Positions 1 to 10,449 of a stretch of DNA of 64,000 bases are shown here, in pieces. The position numbers and the translations under genes were made by a program. Source of the stretch: an uncultured Acidobacteriota bacterium (GTDB lineage Bacteria > Acidobacteriota > Thermoanaerobaculia > Multivoradales > JAHEKO01); assembly GCA_963713825.1 (NCBI GenBank), contig CAVQNG010000001.1:224001-288000 (forward strand), in the 5' to 3' direction. Under the pieces are notes generated by a model. That model worked only from the letters and a program-made list of their open reading frames with translations, had not been told where the DNA came from and did not search any database. Numbering within the stretch: the first letter of the stretch is position 1; each line of letters opens with the position of its first letter.

Positions 1-215
1 TCGTGGGTAGGCCTGGCGGACTGAGGTTCAGGCAGCTCTCCAACTTTCGTCGGGTCGGTGGTCTTCTGTTCTTCGATCAAGAGAACTGGGGTGCTGCAGG
101 TGACGAGCTCACCGTGGACGAGATAAGCCCGGCTTTCGTCGCTACGATGGAGAAGATCTCCTCGGTCGAGCTGAGGAACATCCAGGTCGACGATCCGACC
201 GGCACGATCGACTGA
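1..215 (+). CDS. C-terminal fragment of a hypothetical protein, truncated at the window edge
   Basis: The frame is open from the window start to TGA at 213-215 and abuts the convergent HD gene. No motif recognised. Confidence 0.5.
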   Translation, partial: VGRPGGLRFRQLSNFRRVGGLLFFDQENWGAAGDELTVDEISPAFVATMEKISSVELRNIQVDDPTGTID

Positions 216-836
216 TCAACCAGGGGTGGCTGGACTGGCCAGACGGCCGTCCAACTCGAGCGCAGCGGCAGCTCCCTGCATGGCTGTAAGGACATTTTCT
301 GCGTGCTCCCAGAGCTCCAGCTCGCCGTTGAACGAGTTGCGACTGAAGTCGTTCGTTGCCAGCTCGACCTCCTCGCGATTGACCCCAGCGGCGAAGGCCC
401 TCTCCTTCCAGCGCTTCTTGACCGATTTGAGCTTGACCTCGCGCACGTCCTTGCTCGGTCGAATCAGCGCTGCGGCGATGATCAGTCCGGTGATCTCGTC
501 GCAGGCCAGAAGTGCGAAGTCCATGCGGTACAGTCGCTCGACACCGGTGCCTGCTGAGTTGTGGGACAGAATTGCCTGAAGGATCTCCTCGGGACAGCCG
601 GCCTCTCTCAAGATAGGGATGCCCTTGGCAGGATGCTCTTCCAGAGTCGGATGGATTTCCCAGTCGAAATCATGCAACAGCCCGGCGAGGCCCCACTGGT
701 CGGGATCCTCTTCGAGACGAGCGGCGTACCAGCGCATAGCAGCCTCGACCGCCAGCATGTGGCGTCGGAGACCGGCGGCTTTCACGTTCGATTCGACGAG
801 TTGCCAGGCGGATGTGCGATCGAGAGACGAAGACAT
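216..836 (-). CDS. HD-domain (HDIG-type) metal-dependent phosphohydrolase
   Basis: Motifs RRHMLAVE, GLLHDFD, AILSH and ACDEITGLI. AAGGAGG SD upstream. Confidence 0.9.
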   Translation of the reverse strand: MSSSLDRTSAWQLVESNVKAAGLRRHMLAVEAAMRWYAARLEEDPDQWGLAGLLHDFDWEIHPTLEEHPAKGIPILREAGCPEEILQAILSHNSAGTGVERLYRMDFALLACDEITGLIIAAALIRPSKDVREVKLKSVKKRWKERAFAAGVNREEVELATNDFSRNSFNGELELWEHAENVLTAMQGAAAALELDGRLASPATPG

Positions 837-892
837 ACCGAAGCCTCCTTCAGGGCAGGTTCGGGGGTTCTAGACCCCAGCCGTCGAGAATC

Positions 893-1714
893 CTACTCGA
901 TGAAGAGATCGGCCAGAAGGGGCTGCGTTGGATCGACGGAATAGGGCTCGAAATCGCTGACTCCGGCCGCCCTCAGAACCTCTTCGTCAATGAAGAAATT
1001 GCCGCTACATTCGCGACTCGGCCGCGTCAGGACCTCGTACGCGGCATCGGCGACGATCTCGGGATGGCGGGTGCCCTCTCTTGGGATGATCCCCTCGAGC
1101 ATGCGCAAGGCGGCAGTGTCGATCACCGTCTTGGGCCATAAAGCGTTGACCGCAACACCCTTTGCTTCGAATTCGGCTGCCATTCCCAGGACACACATAC
1201 TCATCCCGAACTTGGACATCGTGTAGGCGCAGTGGTTCTCGAAGTTGCGGGCCTGCATCTCCAGCGGCGGGGACAGGACCAGAATGTGTGGATTTGCAGA
1301 CCTCACCAGGTGAGGCAGACACTTCTGGGAACAGAGGAACGTGCCACGTGCATTGACCGACCACATGAGATCGAAGCGCTGCATCGGGGTCGCGAGCGTG
1401 CCTCTGAGGAAGATCGCGCTCGCATTGTTCACCAGGACGTCGATACCACCAAAAGTCTTCACTGTCTGTTCGACCGCCTTCTCGACCTGGTCTTCGTAAC
1501 GAATGTCCGTTTGAATCGCCAGGGCCCTGCCCCCAGCTGCTTCGATCTCGGCTGCCGCCGACTGGATGGTCCCCGGCAACGTCGGATGAGCCTCTGTCGT
1601 TTTTGCGACGACCGCGATATTGGCTCCGTCGGCGGCCGCTCGCAGCGCGATCGCCTTGCCGATGCCTCGGCTGGCGCCAGTAATGAACAGCGTCTTGTTC
1701 TTCAAACTCGGCAT
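893..1714 (-). CDS. SDR oxidoreductase (HSDL2 / citronellol dehydrogenase-like)
   Basis: Motifs TGASRGIG, NNAS, catalytic YTMSK and NALWP. Confidence 0.9.
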   Translation of the reverse strand: MPSLKNKTLFITGASRGIGKAIALRAAADGANIAVVAKTTEAHPTLPGTIQSAAAEIEAAGGRALAIQTDIRYEDQVEKAVEQTVKTFGGIDVLVNNASAIFLRGTLATPMQRFDLMWSVNARGTFLCSQKCLPHLVRSANPHILVLSPPLEMQARNFENHCAYTMSKFGMSMCVLGMAAEFEAKGVAVNALWPKTVIDTAALRMLEGIIPREGTRHPEIVADAAYEVLTRPSRECSGNFFIDEEVLRAAGVSDFEPYSVDPTQPLLADLFIE

Positions 1715-1729
1715 GGTTGCCTCTCTGTC

Positions 1730-3256
1730 TCAGATCTCGGAGCTGGGTGCCAGGACCAGCTCATGCATCATCGGGTCCCAGGGCACTCGAAAGTAGCGGT
1801 TGCTGCCGTAGTAGGCGAAGTTCGAGACTCGCGAGGTGTACAGGCAAGCATAGGCCTCGAGCTGACTGGCGAAGCGGGTCTTGCTGGTGCCCTGCTTGAA
1901 AAAGGGTCCCCAATAGGGATTGAACGTGGCATCGAGCTTCTCCGACCAGCGGGCCTCGCGGCCGAGGACCTGCCGGAGCTCCGAGGTGACCGTGTGCAGA
2001 CGCTCCTGGATCTGCTCGAGCTGGGCACTTGCGAATTCGGTTTCTCGAGAAGAGCTTTTGGTAACGAGGAGAAGATCGCGCAGGTGGTCCATCTGGTGCC
2101 CCAGGTGTGCCAATTTGTGCCGCAGTGCGATGCCCTCGTCGAGGTACGCTGCGAGCTCAGAGCGTTGGCGGATCTCTTCCTCCAACTCGTGGACGATCAA
2201 CGTCGTGCGCCAGGTGGATTCGAGCTTCGAGGAGACGATGTCGCCGTAGATGTGATCGCCCACATAGAGGACGCTTTCACCAGGGCCTTGGATCAGCTCC
2301 ATCATGCCTTCCAGGCACCCACCCCGGAATCTGCCGTGCCACTCCGGGGTGTCGACTTCGCCGACCACCTCACCTGCAGCGCAGAGCTCTTGGAAGGCCT
2401 GCTTGCGGCTGAAGAAGTCGGGCTTCCCAGCGCCCACGACGATGAGGTCGAAGAACTCCTCCCAACTGTCCAGACCTGGCAGCAGATCATCGAGAAGATA
2501 GGACGCAATGGCTTCTGCGTAGCTCCAATCCGAATTGGTGAGCAAGAAGAGCCGTCGTCCGCCAAGGGCCAGGCGAGCCAGCGCCAGGCCGAGCTCCGGA
2601 TCGCGGTGCAGATAGCGTGGCAGGTCCGCCACAACCTGCTGCTTGAGGGCCCCCTGGGCGTGGACCCAATCGATCGCTTGTCGTAGATCGTTGAAGATTC
2701 CGCGAGGCGATGGCAGCGGCGAGTCCTGCTGGTGCTTCGTCAACTCGATGAGCTCGGCGTATAGGTTGGCCTCGGGTAGCTCGAAGAGGCTATCGACGTG
2801 GTAGAAGCGATCGCTGGCAGGCTGGATGGGTTCGTAGCGATAGAGATGTTTGAGCTGATGCCGGTCGAGACGCTGCCGTCCCTGATAGGCCAGATTGACG
2901 AAACGATGGCGACTCATGCGCAGCACCGCTCCAGATTCCTTGTCGATGAGGAGACCGCGGCGAGGAAAGTCCGGTCTGAAGCGACAGTCGCGAATCGTCT
3001 CGGGGTAGCCGTTTTCTTGAATCAGCCGTTCCACAGCCAGTTGGAAGGTGAGCTTCTCGAGAGGCAGCCGCCGATAGTCGGCCAGAGTCCAGTCGAGGTC
3101 GAAGCCGACGTACCGTATGCTCTCCATTCTGAGAGCCCGATTGACGAAGATCTGCCGTTCCGGGGGAGGCTCTCCATAGTGCGGCAGAGCCGTAGCCATG
3201 CGTTCGGCGAGCTCGGGCCAGATTCCATTGGACAAACGGCGTGACAGTGAGGTCAT
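1730..3256 (-). CDS. HAD-superfamily 5'-nucleotidase, cN-II (HAD-IG) family
   Basis: IFVNR...GFDLDWTLADY (DxDxT), LLTNS, KPDFF and YVGDHIYGDI. Confidence 0.9.
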   Translation of the reverse strand: MTSLSRRLSNGIWPELAERMATALPHYGEPPPERQIFVNRALRMESIRYVGFDLDWTLADYRRLPLEKLTFQLAVERLIQENGYPETIRDCRFRPDFPRRGLLIDKESGAVLRMSRHRFVNLAYQGRQRLDRHQLKHLYRYEPIQPASDRFYHVDSLFELPEANLYAELIELTKHQQDSPLPSPRGIFNDLRQAIDWVHAQGALKQQVVADLPRYLHRDPELGLALARLALGGRRLFLLTNSDWSYAEAIASYLLDDLLPGLDSWEEFFDLIVVGAGKPDFFSRKQAFQELCAAGEVVGEVDTPEWHGRFRGGCLEGMMELIQGPGESVLYVGDHIYGDIVSSKLESTWRTTLIVHELEEEIRQRSELAAYLDEGIALRHKLAHLGHQMDHLRDLLLVTKSSSRETEFASAQLEQIQERLHTVTSELRQVLGREARWSEKLDATFNPYWGPFFKQGTSKTRFASQLEAYACLYTSRVSNFAYYGSNRYFRVPWDPMMHELVLAPSSEI

Positions 3257-3329
3257 TGCAAATCTCGAGGGTCGAGGTCTCTCGTCGGAGGAGCGTGGCT
3301 GAAGTTCTGAAGGTCGGTTCGTGGTTGAC

Positions 3330-4166
3330 TCACGATGGCGCGATCTCGCGGCGAGTGTGAAGTCGATCGCAGACCTCGGGGAGGAGTTCCTCGGCCGGAG
3401 AAGGGAGAATTCTCAGATCGGGCCATGGCGAGGTGCCATGGCCTCCCGGGTCGATGGAAAAGATCGGAATCCGCCTGAGGATGCCTGCCCGGAGAAAAGT
3501 GTCCGTGATGCCGACGGAGAAAGAAGTGCCGATGAAGAGCATCAGGTCGGCGCTTTGGGCCACCGCCTCGGCTTCGGAGAATCTGTAGTCCTGATGCTCT
3601 CCGTAGTACTCATCGAAAAAGAGGACGTGAGCCCGCAGGAGTGAGGCGCACTCCGGACAGGTTGGCAGCGTCTGCTCGGACGGTGCGGAGACGAAGTCCT
3701 CGAAATGGGCCTCGTCTGCCGCGAGAGAGCCTCTGGGCGAGCCGAATCGACAGCCGACCTTCGAGCAACGGACTCGGTCGGAGGTGCCGTGAATCTTGAT
3801 CATTCTGGAGCTGCCAGCTGCTTCGTGAAGAGTGTCGATGTTCTGGGTTACGAGGCAGAAAGAGCCACCTCGCTGGGTGTGCCAAGTCTCCAGGTCGACC
3901 AATGCGGAGTGTGCCGCGTTGGGCTTTGCCGCAGCTACGGCCTCGAATCGCTTGAGGTACCACTGCCACTGGCCCACCGGGTCGCGGCGAAAGTAGTCGA
4001 ACGTGGCGAGCGATACGTCGCTCTGTCGCCAAACAGCTTCCGGGTCGGTGCCGCGAAAGGTCGGAATGCCACTAGCCTGACTGATTCCAGCTCCGGTGAC
4101 GACTGCCAGCGATCCGGCTTCGAGGGACTCGAGGGCCGATCCCAGGGCCTGCACTTGTTCTTCCAT
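3330..4166 (-). CDS. cobB: Sir2-family NAD-dependent protein deacylase (CobB-like, class III)
   Basis: GAGIS..SGIPTFRG, TQNID.LH, HG, CxxxxC/CxxC zinc site, GTS and YxxR (WYLKR). Start re-placed at ATG 4166. Confidence 0.85.
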   Translation of the reverse strand: MEEQVQALGSALESLEAGSLAVVTGAGISQASGIPTFRGTDPEAVWRQSDVSLATFDYFRRDPVGQWQWYLKRFEAVAAAKPNAAHSALVDLETWHTQRGGSFCLVTQNIDTLHEAAGSSRMIKIHGTSDRVRCSKVGCRFGSPRGSLAADEAHFEDFVSAPSEQTLPTCPECASLLRAHVLFFDEYYGEHQDYRFSEAEAVAQSADLMLFIGTSFSVGITDTFLRAGILRRIPIFSIDPGGHGTSPWPDLRILPSPAEELLPEVCDRLHTRREIAPS

Positions 4167-4215
4167 TCCCTGTAGAGGATACCAGGCGTTCAGGTGGGCG
4201 GGCCGGCGCCGAGAA

Positions 4216-4713
4216 TCAAAGGAAGTAGAGGGTGTCGTCGACGAGGGGGTGGCGAGCAAAGGTGTGTCTTGCCTTGCGGAAGCGAAAGAACTCCTCGAGG
4301 GAATCGTCCCCGTCGAGGTCGGTTTCCAGCTCCTCCTCCAGTTGATCCAGATCCTCTCCCGCCTCCATCCGAGCCATCATTTCTTCCATGCGGGGTCCGG
4401 GTTCGAGGCCGGCAGATTCGCTGAATCGACGAAACAGCCCCGCCAATTTGCGTGGGTCCTCGTCGTCGCCGACCTGACTCATCTCCTCCATCATCGAGCT
4501 CATCACTCCGGCCAGGCGTTCATCATCGAGGTCTCCGAACGGGTCGGGCTCCTCCTCGCCACTGTGTTTCAGCATCGCGAACCGAGCTGGGCGTCGCTCC
4601 AACCCAGGTTTCTCGCACTGCGGGCATGGCGGTCGCGTCTCGGTGTCAATCGTGGCGGAGAAAAAGTTGAAAAGAGTGTGGCAGTCTCGGCAGTAGAACT
4701 CGTAGATGGGCAT
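4216..4713 (-). CDS. FmdB-family zinc-ribbon protein with acidic C-terminal extension
   Basis: MPIYEFYCRDC...CPQC signature. Start re-placed at ATG 4713. Confidence 0.85.
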   Translation of the reverse strand: MPIYEFYCRDCHTLFNFFSATIDTETRPPCPQCEKPGLERRPARFAMLKHSGEEEPDPFGDLDDERLAGVMSSMMEEMSQVGDDEDPRKLAGLFRRFSESAGLEPGPRMEEMMARMEAGEDLDQLEEELETDLDGDDSLEEFFRFRKARHTFARHPLVDDTLYFL

Positions 4714-4883
4714 GGCAGTGGATGTCAGGTCGGTGGTCTGAGATAGTGTGGCCAGCGTCGGTGACCATCGTTGCCTTGGCTGCAGAGTTATCTTACACAT
4801 CGCGAGGCTGTGGCGGCTGAAGAAGTGTCGGTCCCTTGTGGGGAGTTGGTAGGAACATAGAATCAGCTGGACAGGATGGCGAC

Positions 4884-6656
4884 ATGACCCACGAGTCCGA
4901 ACCGCAGGATCGAACCGACGTGCGAGGCCCGACAAAAGGAGCCCCCGTCTCTGGCGGACCTCCTCCGAGCCCTGATGGAGCGCCGGCGGAGGCATCGTCC
5001 AGCAACGCTAGTCGAGTCGCTGCCGGGATTCTGTCGAGTCGTGCGTTCGGATTGCTGCGCGAGTCGGTCCTGGCCTTCTTCTTCGGTGCAGGACCGCACG
5101 CCGATGTCTTTCGAATCGCCTTGCGCGGTCCGAATCTGCTGCAGAATCTCCTCGGGGAACAGACTCTCTCCGCTTCGTTCATTCCGATCTACTCGCGAAT
5201 GGTCGCAGCTGGCAAAGCGGAAGATGCCGGGCGTTTTGCTGGTGCCATCCTGGGCTTGCTGATGGCAGTGGGGTCGTCGGTGGCTCTGCTCGGTATTCTC
5301 TTTGCGGAGCCCATCGTGGCGATCCTGGCTCCCGGCTACCTGGGAGATGCGGCGCGAGTAGGGGCGGGACTAGCTGAGGTGGACCGCTTCCGACTCGCCG
5401 TGCAGGCAGTGCGAATCGTTTTTCCAATGACGGCCGTGCTCGTTCTTTCGGCCTGGTCTCTGGGAGTTCTCAACAGCCACCGGCGATTCTTCTTGGCCTA
5501 CTTCGCGCCGGTGCTGTGGAACATCTCCATCATCTTGGCACTCTGTCTGACGGCTATTACAGGCTGGCAGGCGTATGGGGGGCCTGTACCAGCATTGGGT
5601 GAAACGACCTTTCGCAATCGACTCCTGATCGCCGCTTGCATTGGCGCCCTGATTGGAGGAGTGCTGCAGTTTGCCGTGCAGCTACCTGTCGTCTTTCGAC
5701 TTCTCAAGGGCTTCCGTCTATCGGTATCGCCCCAGGTGGAGGGCGTTTCCAAGGCACTAGGAGCCTTCGCACCGTTGGCGGCAGGTCGGGGTGCAGTGCA
5801 GCTCTCTGGGTACTTCGATCTGGTTTTGGCGTCCTTTCTGGTTCCAGGCGCCATCGCCGCGCTGGGATGGGCACAGATTCTCTATCTGCTGCCGATCGCG
5901 CTGTTCGGGGTCTCGGTGGCTGCTGCCGAGCTACCCGAGTTGTCAGTGCAAACGGCTCGCGCCGATCAGGCTGTCCTGCTCTCTCGGCTCGACGCTTCGA
6001 TCCGAAAGATGGCTTTTCTGACAGTACCGACGGTGCTTGGCTACTTGTGTTTGGGCTTCTATTTGGTCGGCGGGTTGTTCCGGCGGGGCAACTTCGGGTT
6101 GCAGGACAATTGGCTCGTCTATCTGGTTCTGGCTGCGTACAGCCTGGGCTTGCTTGCCAGCAGCACTTCGCGACTTCTCAATAACGTCTTCTACGCGCTG
6201 GGAAAGACCAAGGTCCCGGCCCGGGTGGCTGTGGAGCGAGTCGTGCTCTCGGCTCTTGTCGGCGGAGTATCGATGCTCTGGCTCGATCGCGTTCCCGTCA
6301 GCCGAGTCGCCGGACCGGCAGCTGGAGGACGTGAGCTATTCATGGGTGCAGTGGGGTTGGCCTTGGGGGCATCGCTGGGAGCCCTGTTCGAGCTGTGGCG
6401 GTTGGCGAGCGCTTTGGATAAGCAGGGGTTGGGCCTCCGACTGCCTGCCAGGTCCATTGGCAAAATGTTGGCGACGGCCACCCTGACCGTGGCGCCTGTC
6501 GCCGTGATGCTGATCTACATGAGATCGCTGCCAATTCTGGTCCAAGCCGTCGTGGCTGTGCTCGTCTACGTGGGGCTCTATCTCTCCGTGGCGCGGCTCG
6601 TCGGGCTTCCGGAGTTGGGCTACTGGTTGGGTAGTTTGGGGAGAGGGACCCGATAG
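4884..6656 (+). CDS. murJ: Lipid II flippase MurJ (MviN)
   Basis: SRAFGLLRE, PNLLQNLLGE, SASFIP and many TM helices. Confidence 0.92.
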   Translation: MTHESEPQDRTDVRGPTKGAPVSGGPPPSPDGAPAEASSSNASRVAAGILSSRAFGLLRESVLAFFFGAGPHADVFRIALRGPNLLQNLLGEQTLSASFIPIYSRMVAAGKAEDAGRFAGAILGLLMAVGSSVALLGILFAEPIVAILAPGYLGDAARVGAGLAEVDRFRLAVQAVRIVFPMTAVLVLSAWSLGVLNSHRRFFLAYFAPVLWNISIILALCLTAITGWQAYGGPVPALGETTFRNRLLIAACIGALIGGVLQFAVQLPVVFRLLKGFRLSVSPQVEGVSKALGAFAPLAAGRGAVQLSGYFDLVLASFLVPGAIAALGWAQILYLLPIALFGVSVAAAELPELSVQTARADQAVLLSRLDASIRKMAFLTVPTVLGYLCLGFYLVGGLFRRGNFGLQDNWLVYLVLAAYSLGLLASSTSRLLNNVFYALGKTKVPARVAVERVVLSALVGGVSMLWLDRVPVSRVAGPAAGGRELFMGAVGLALGASLGALFELWRLASALDKQGLGLRLPARSIGKMLATATLTVAPVAVMLIYMRSLPILVQAVVAVLVYVGLYLSVARLVGLPELGYWLGSLGRGTR

Positions 6657-6703
6657 GACCAGGTTTCGAGAGGTAAACAGAGAACAACCACTGGAGGGTG
6701 GCT

Positions 6704-7138
6704 ATGAAGATAGCGATAGCGTCCGATCACGCCGGATACCGATACAAGGTAGCGCTAGCGACCCATCTCACTGAGCTCGGACACGAAGTGGTGGATTTCG
6801 GAACCGATTCCGAGGTCTCGGTCGATTACCCGACCTTCATAAGGCCGGCAGCGCACGCGGTCTCTGCTGGGGAGTGTGAAAGGTTGATCGTCCTCGGCGG
6901 TTCAGGGAACGGCGAGGCCATGACGGCGAACCGTGTTCGAGGAGTCCGATGTGCCTTGTGCTGGAGCGAAACCTCGGCTCGCCTGGCACGGCAGCACAAC
7001 AACGCCAACGGTTTGTCCCTCGGCCAGCGTCTGGTGTCTCTGGAGATGGCATTGCTGATCGTCGATGTCTGGCTGGAAACGCCGTTCGAGGGCGGGCGAC
7101 ACGTCCGCCGAATCGAAGCAATGGATGCAGTAGAGTAA
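6704..7138 (+). CDS. rpiB: Ribose-5-phosphate isomerase B
   Basis: [25 protein letters not shown] and FEGGRH. GGAGG SD. Confidence 0.93.
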   Translation: MKIAIASDHAGYRYKVALATHLTELGHEVVDFGTDSEVSVDYPTFIRPAAHAVSAGECERLIVLGGSGNGEAMTANRVRGVRCALCWSETSARLARQHNNANGLSLGQRLVSLEMALLIVDVWLETPFEGGRHVRRIEAMDAVE

Positions 7139-7159
7139 ACCGATCTAGCAGAAAGAGCC

Positions 7160-7720
7160 ATGGAACAATCGCTTGTCAGTGTATTTCTGGGCCTCGGCCT
7201 GAGTGCTGCAACCGGCTTCCGCGTCTTCGTTCCTCTGCTGGTGATCAACCTCGCGGCGCACGGGGGATTCCTCGAGCTCTCACCGAAATTCGGCTGGATG
7301 GAGAGCAGCACTGCCCTGATCGCTTTTGGTGCGGCCACGCTTCTGGAGATCGTCGCCTACTACGTCCCCTGGTTGGACAACCTCCTGGATTCTGTCGCCA
7401 CCCCGGCGGCGGTCGTCGCGGGAATGGTCGCGACGGCGTCCGTGGTCACCGGCATGGATCCGATGCTGCGAATGATCCTGGCAATCATTGCGGGTGGTGG
7501 GCTGGCTGGGGCAGTTCAGATGACAACAGCCACTGGTCGACAGATCTCCTCTGTCACCACAGCTGGGCTGGGCAATCCCATTCTTTCGACCATCGAGTTG
7601 GCTGGCTCGCTGGGGCTTTCGGTCCTGGCCGTTTTGGTGCCAGTGATGGCAGGTTGCTTGGTGCTGCTGGCCCTGATTCTGGTGGTGCGCAGATTACGCC
7701 GAAGACGCTCTGGCCCCTAA
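7160..7720 (+). CDS. DUF4126-family membrane protein
   Basis: [17 protein letters not shown] and [15 protein letters not shown] match my recollection of DUF4126. Confidence 0.8.
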   Translation: MEQSLVSVFLGLGLSAATGFRVFVPLLVINLAAHGGFLELSPKFGWMESSTALIAFGAATLLEIVAYYVPWLDNLLDSVATPAAVVAGMVATASVVTGMDPMLRMILAIIAGGGLAGAVQMTTATGRQISSVTTAGLGNPILSTIELAGSLGLSVLAVLVPVMAGCLVLLALILVVRRLRRRRSGP

Positions 7721-7743
7721 CGAGTCCTGCAGAGGAGGTTGGT

Positions 7744-8166
7744 TTGAAATCTCTGACCCAATACCTGTCTATGCACGTGAATGAGCGAATGGGGTTCGAG
7801 AACATCACTCGGGAAGTGACGGCAGCGGTTCGTAAGAGTGGTGTCGGCGAGGGACTCTGTCTCGTGAATGCCATGCACATCACCGCCAGCGTGTTCATCA
7901 ACGACGATGAGACGGGCCTGCATGAGGACTATCGCGGCTGGCTGGAGGACCTGGCTCCGTTCGACCCCAGCCCCGAGCGCTATCACCACAACCGGACGGG
8001 TGAAGACAATGCAGACGCCCATCACAAGCGACAAATCATGGGCCGAGAAGTCGTGGTGGCTGTGACGGAGGGGCGACTGGACCTCGGTCCGTGGGAGCAG
8101 ATCTTCTACGGCGAGTTCGACGGCAGGCGCACCAAGAGAGTGTTGATCAAGGTCATTGGCGACTAG
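7744..8166 (+). CDS. yjbQ: YjbQ/UPF0047 family protein (secondary thiamine-phosphate synthase)
   Basis: [23 protein letters not shown] and [23 protein letters not shown] before TTG 7744. The upstream part of the 6949 ORF is a shadow frame. Confidence 0.88.
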   Translation: MKSLTQYLSMHVNERMGFENITREVTAAVRKSGVGEGLCLVNAMHITASVFINDDETGLHEDYRGWLEDLAPFDPSPERYHHNRTGEDNADAHHKRQIMGREVVVAVTEGRLDLGPWEQIFYGEFDGRRTKRVLIKVIGD

Positions 8167-8178
8167 AGCAGGGGGCGG

Positions 8179-10449
8179 ATGCTCAACACCGGGAGCGGGC
8201 GCGGAACACGACGAGGCTTGTGGCACCTGTGGGTGGATACGGGTGGCACTTTCACCGACTGTGTCGGTCAGGATCCGACGGGAAGAACCCACAGAGCCAA
8301 ACTGCTGAGCAGTAGCTGTCTGCGGGGCATCGTAGTCGGAATGCCGGGTCCCTCGAGGTTGGTCCTCGAATTGGGATGGGAGCTACCGGCTGCCTTCCTG
8401 GAAGGTGCCGGAGTGCGGCTCCTTGGTGCTGACGGTGAGCTGGCGAGGATCGTTCATCATGTCGGTCCAGGTTGCGAGGTCGAGCTCGATCGCTCGGTCA
8501 GCGATGTCGAGACAGGAACTCCGTGCGAGATTGTCATCGCAGAGGAGGCACCCATCCTGGCGGCCCACCTGGTGACTGGTACTCCACTGGCAGCCGCATT
8601 ACCGCCGATAGCGATGCGTCTCGCCACGACGCGGGGCACGAACGCGCTGCTGGAAAGAAGGGGTGCCCGGACTGCCTTGTTCGTAACCCGTGGCTTCGCC
8701 GACCTTCTCGTCATCGGTAACCAGCAGCGCTCGAATCTGTTCGCTCTCGCAGTCTCCAAGCCTCCTCCGCTCTATGACACGGTCGTCGAGGTGGAGGAGC
8801 GACTGGACAGCGATGGCGCGGTGGTTGTGCCGCTCGACCTCGAGTCGGTTCGAGAGAGCGCTCGCGAAGTTCTCGGGTGCGGAGTCCAGACCGCGGCTAT
8901 CGCCCTTCTGCATAGCTATCGGCAGCCGCAGCACGAATTGGCTTTGGCCGAAGAGTTGCGGTCGATCGGATTCAACCACGTTTCATGCTCTGCGGAGTTG
9001 GCGCCACGAATCAAGATCGTGCCGCGCGCGGAGACCACGGTGGTGAATGCCTACCTTGCCGAGGTGATCGAAACCTACCTGGGGCGGGTCGTAGAGTCGC
9101 TCGCCGGTGGGAGGTTGCATGTTCTGACCAGCGCGGGCGGGCTCGTGCGTGCCGGGGAGTTTCTGCCCAAGGACAGCCTCCTGTCCGGTCCGGCTGGCGG
9201 CGTCGTCGGTGCGGCTCAGGCGGCGCTCCGCTCTGGTTTTCCACGTAGCCTGGCGCTGGATATGGGGGGAACCTCGACCGATGTCTCTCGTTTCGACGGC
9301 GACTACGACTATCTCTTCGAGACCCGAGTTGGAGATGCCCACCTGATGGCACCAACCTTGGCGATCGAGACTGTCGCCGCTGGAGGTGGCTCTGTCTGTC
9401 ATTTCGATGGGCATCAGCTCAAGGTGGGACCACAGAGTGCAGGAGCCACTCCTGGTCCGGCCTGTTACGGGGCTGGTGGACCCTTGACGTTGACCGATAT
9501 CAACCTGCTGCTGGGGCGTCTTCAACCAGACGCATTCGAGATTCCGATCGACATCGAGTTGTCGCGACAAGCTGCAGTCCGTCTTCAGAGCCAGGTCATG
9601 AATGCCGATGATGGGCCAATTGCGATGGTAGAGATGCTCGAAGGGCTGCTCGACATCGCCAACGAGCGCATGGCAGAGGCCGTGCGTCGCATTTCCATAA
9701 GACGAGGCTACAGTCCGAGCGACTACGCCCTGGTCGCGTTCGGAGGAGCGGGTGGTCAACACGCCTGCTCTCTTGCCGAGATACTGGACATCGAGACCGT
9801 GCTGGTACCCGCGGATGCGGGCCTTTTGAGCGCTGTTGGTCTGGGTCAGGCCCGTGTCGAGCGTTTCGCGGAGCGACAGATTCTGCAGCCATTGAACGAG
9901 GTGGCCGATAGCCTGGCGTCGATTCTCGAGGTCCTCGGGCGGGAGGCCGCAGAGGCGGTCGAAAGTGAAGGCGTTGACAGGTCCGAGGTGGAAGTGCGTC
10001 GTCGATTGGTTTACATCCGTTTCAGCGGGCAAGAGTCCAGTCTTGCGGTAGAAGCGAATCCGGAGAGTCCATTGCGAGAGTCGTTCATTCAAAGCTACAC
10101 GGATCATTATGGCTATCGACCCGAAGACCGCACCATCGAAGTGGAGTCGGTACGAGTCGTGGCGTCGTCAGCGGGCACCGCACTGGAGTTCATGGAGAGC
10201 TTTGAGCCTGCAAGAGAGTCGATAGTAGAGGGTCCCTCACGACAGCAGGCCTTCATCGGCAGCGATTGGAGGTCTGTCATGGCATACGATCGTGCCTGTC
10301 TGAGGGCGGGCTTCGATTTTGCCGGTCCTTGCCTGGTGTTCGAGCAGCATTGCTCGACGGTTGTCAATGAAGGGTGGGTCGGGCAGGTCGATGAGCACGG
10401 CTGCCTGGTACTGAGTCGGCAGGGTCGAGGGAAGCTCGACAATGACTGA
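8179..10449 (+). CDS. Hydantoinase A / ATP-dependent 5-oxoprolinase N-terminal subunit
   Basis: VDTGGTFTD, ATTRGTNALLER, SGPAGG, DMGGTSTD, ETVAAGGGS and SAGATPGPACY. Confidence 0.9.
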   Translation: MLNTGSGRGTRRGLWHLWVDTGGTFTDCVGQDPTGRTHRAKLLSSSCLRGIVVGMPGPSRLVLELGWELPAAFLEGAGVRLLGADGELARIVHHVGPGCEVELDRSVSDVETGTPCEIVIAEEAPILAAHLVTGTPLAAALPPIAMRLATTRGTNALLERRGARTALFVTRGFADLLVIGNQQRSNLFALAVSKPPPLYDTVVEVEERLDSDGAVVVPLDLESVRESAREVLGCGVQTAAIALLHSYRQPQHELALAEELRSIGFNHVSCSAELAPRIKIVPRAETTVVNAYLAEVIETYLGRVVESLAGGRLHVLTSAGGLVRAGEFLPKDSLLSGPAGGVVGAAQAALRSGFPRSLALDMGGTSTDVSRFDGDYDYLFETRVGDAHLMAPTLAIETVAAGGGSVCHFDGHQLKVGPQSAGATPGPACYGAGGPLTLTDINLLLGRLQPDAFEIPIDIELSRQAAVRLQSQVMNADDGPIAMVEMLEGLLDIANERMAEAVRRISIRRGYSPSDYALVAFGGAGGQHACSLAEILDIETVLVPADAGLLSAVGLGQARVERFAERQILQPLNEVADSLASILEVLGREAAEAVESEGVDRSEVEVRRRLVYIRFSGQESSLAVEANPESPLRESFIQSYTDHYGYRPEDRTIEVESVRVVASSAGTALEFMESFEPARESIVEGPSRQQAFIGSDWRSVMAYDRACLRAGFDFAGPCLVFEQHCSTVVNEGWVGQVDEHGCLVLSRQGRGKLDND

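Noticed and set aside
1232-2686. 484-aa plus-strand ORF
   Set aside because: It is antisense to the well-supported SDR and cN-II genes and has no motifs. This is a typical shadow ORF of GC-rich coding DNA.
3330-4166. Sirtuin as an anti-phage SIR2 effector (Thoeris/DSR type)
   Set aside because: It has the canonical zinc-binding CobB architecture with no fused or adjacent defence domains.
6949-7743. Apparent long N-terminal extension of YjbQ
   Set aside because: It overlaps rpiB and DUF4126 in another frame, and a strong SD supports TTG 7744 as the start.
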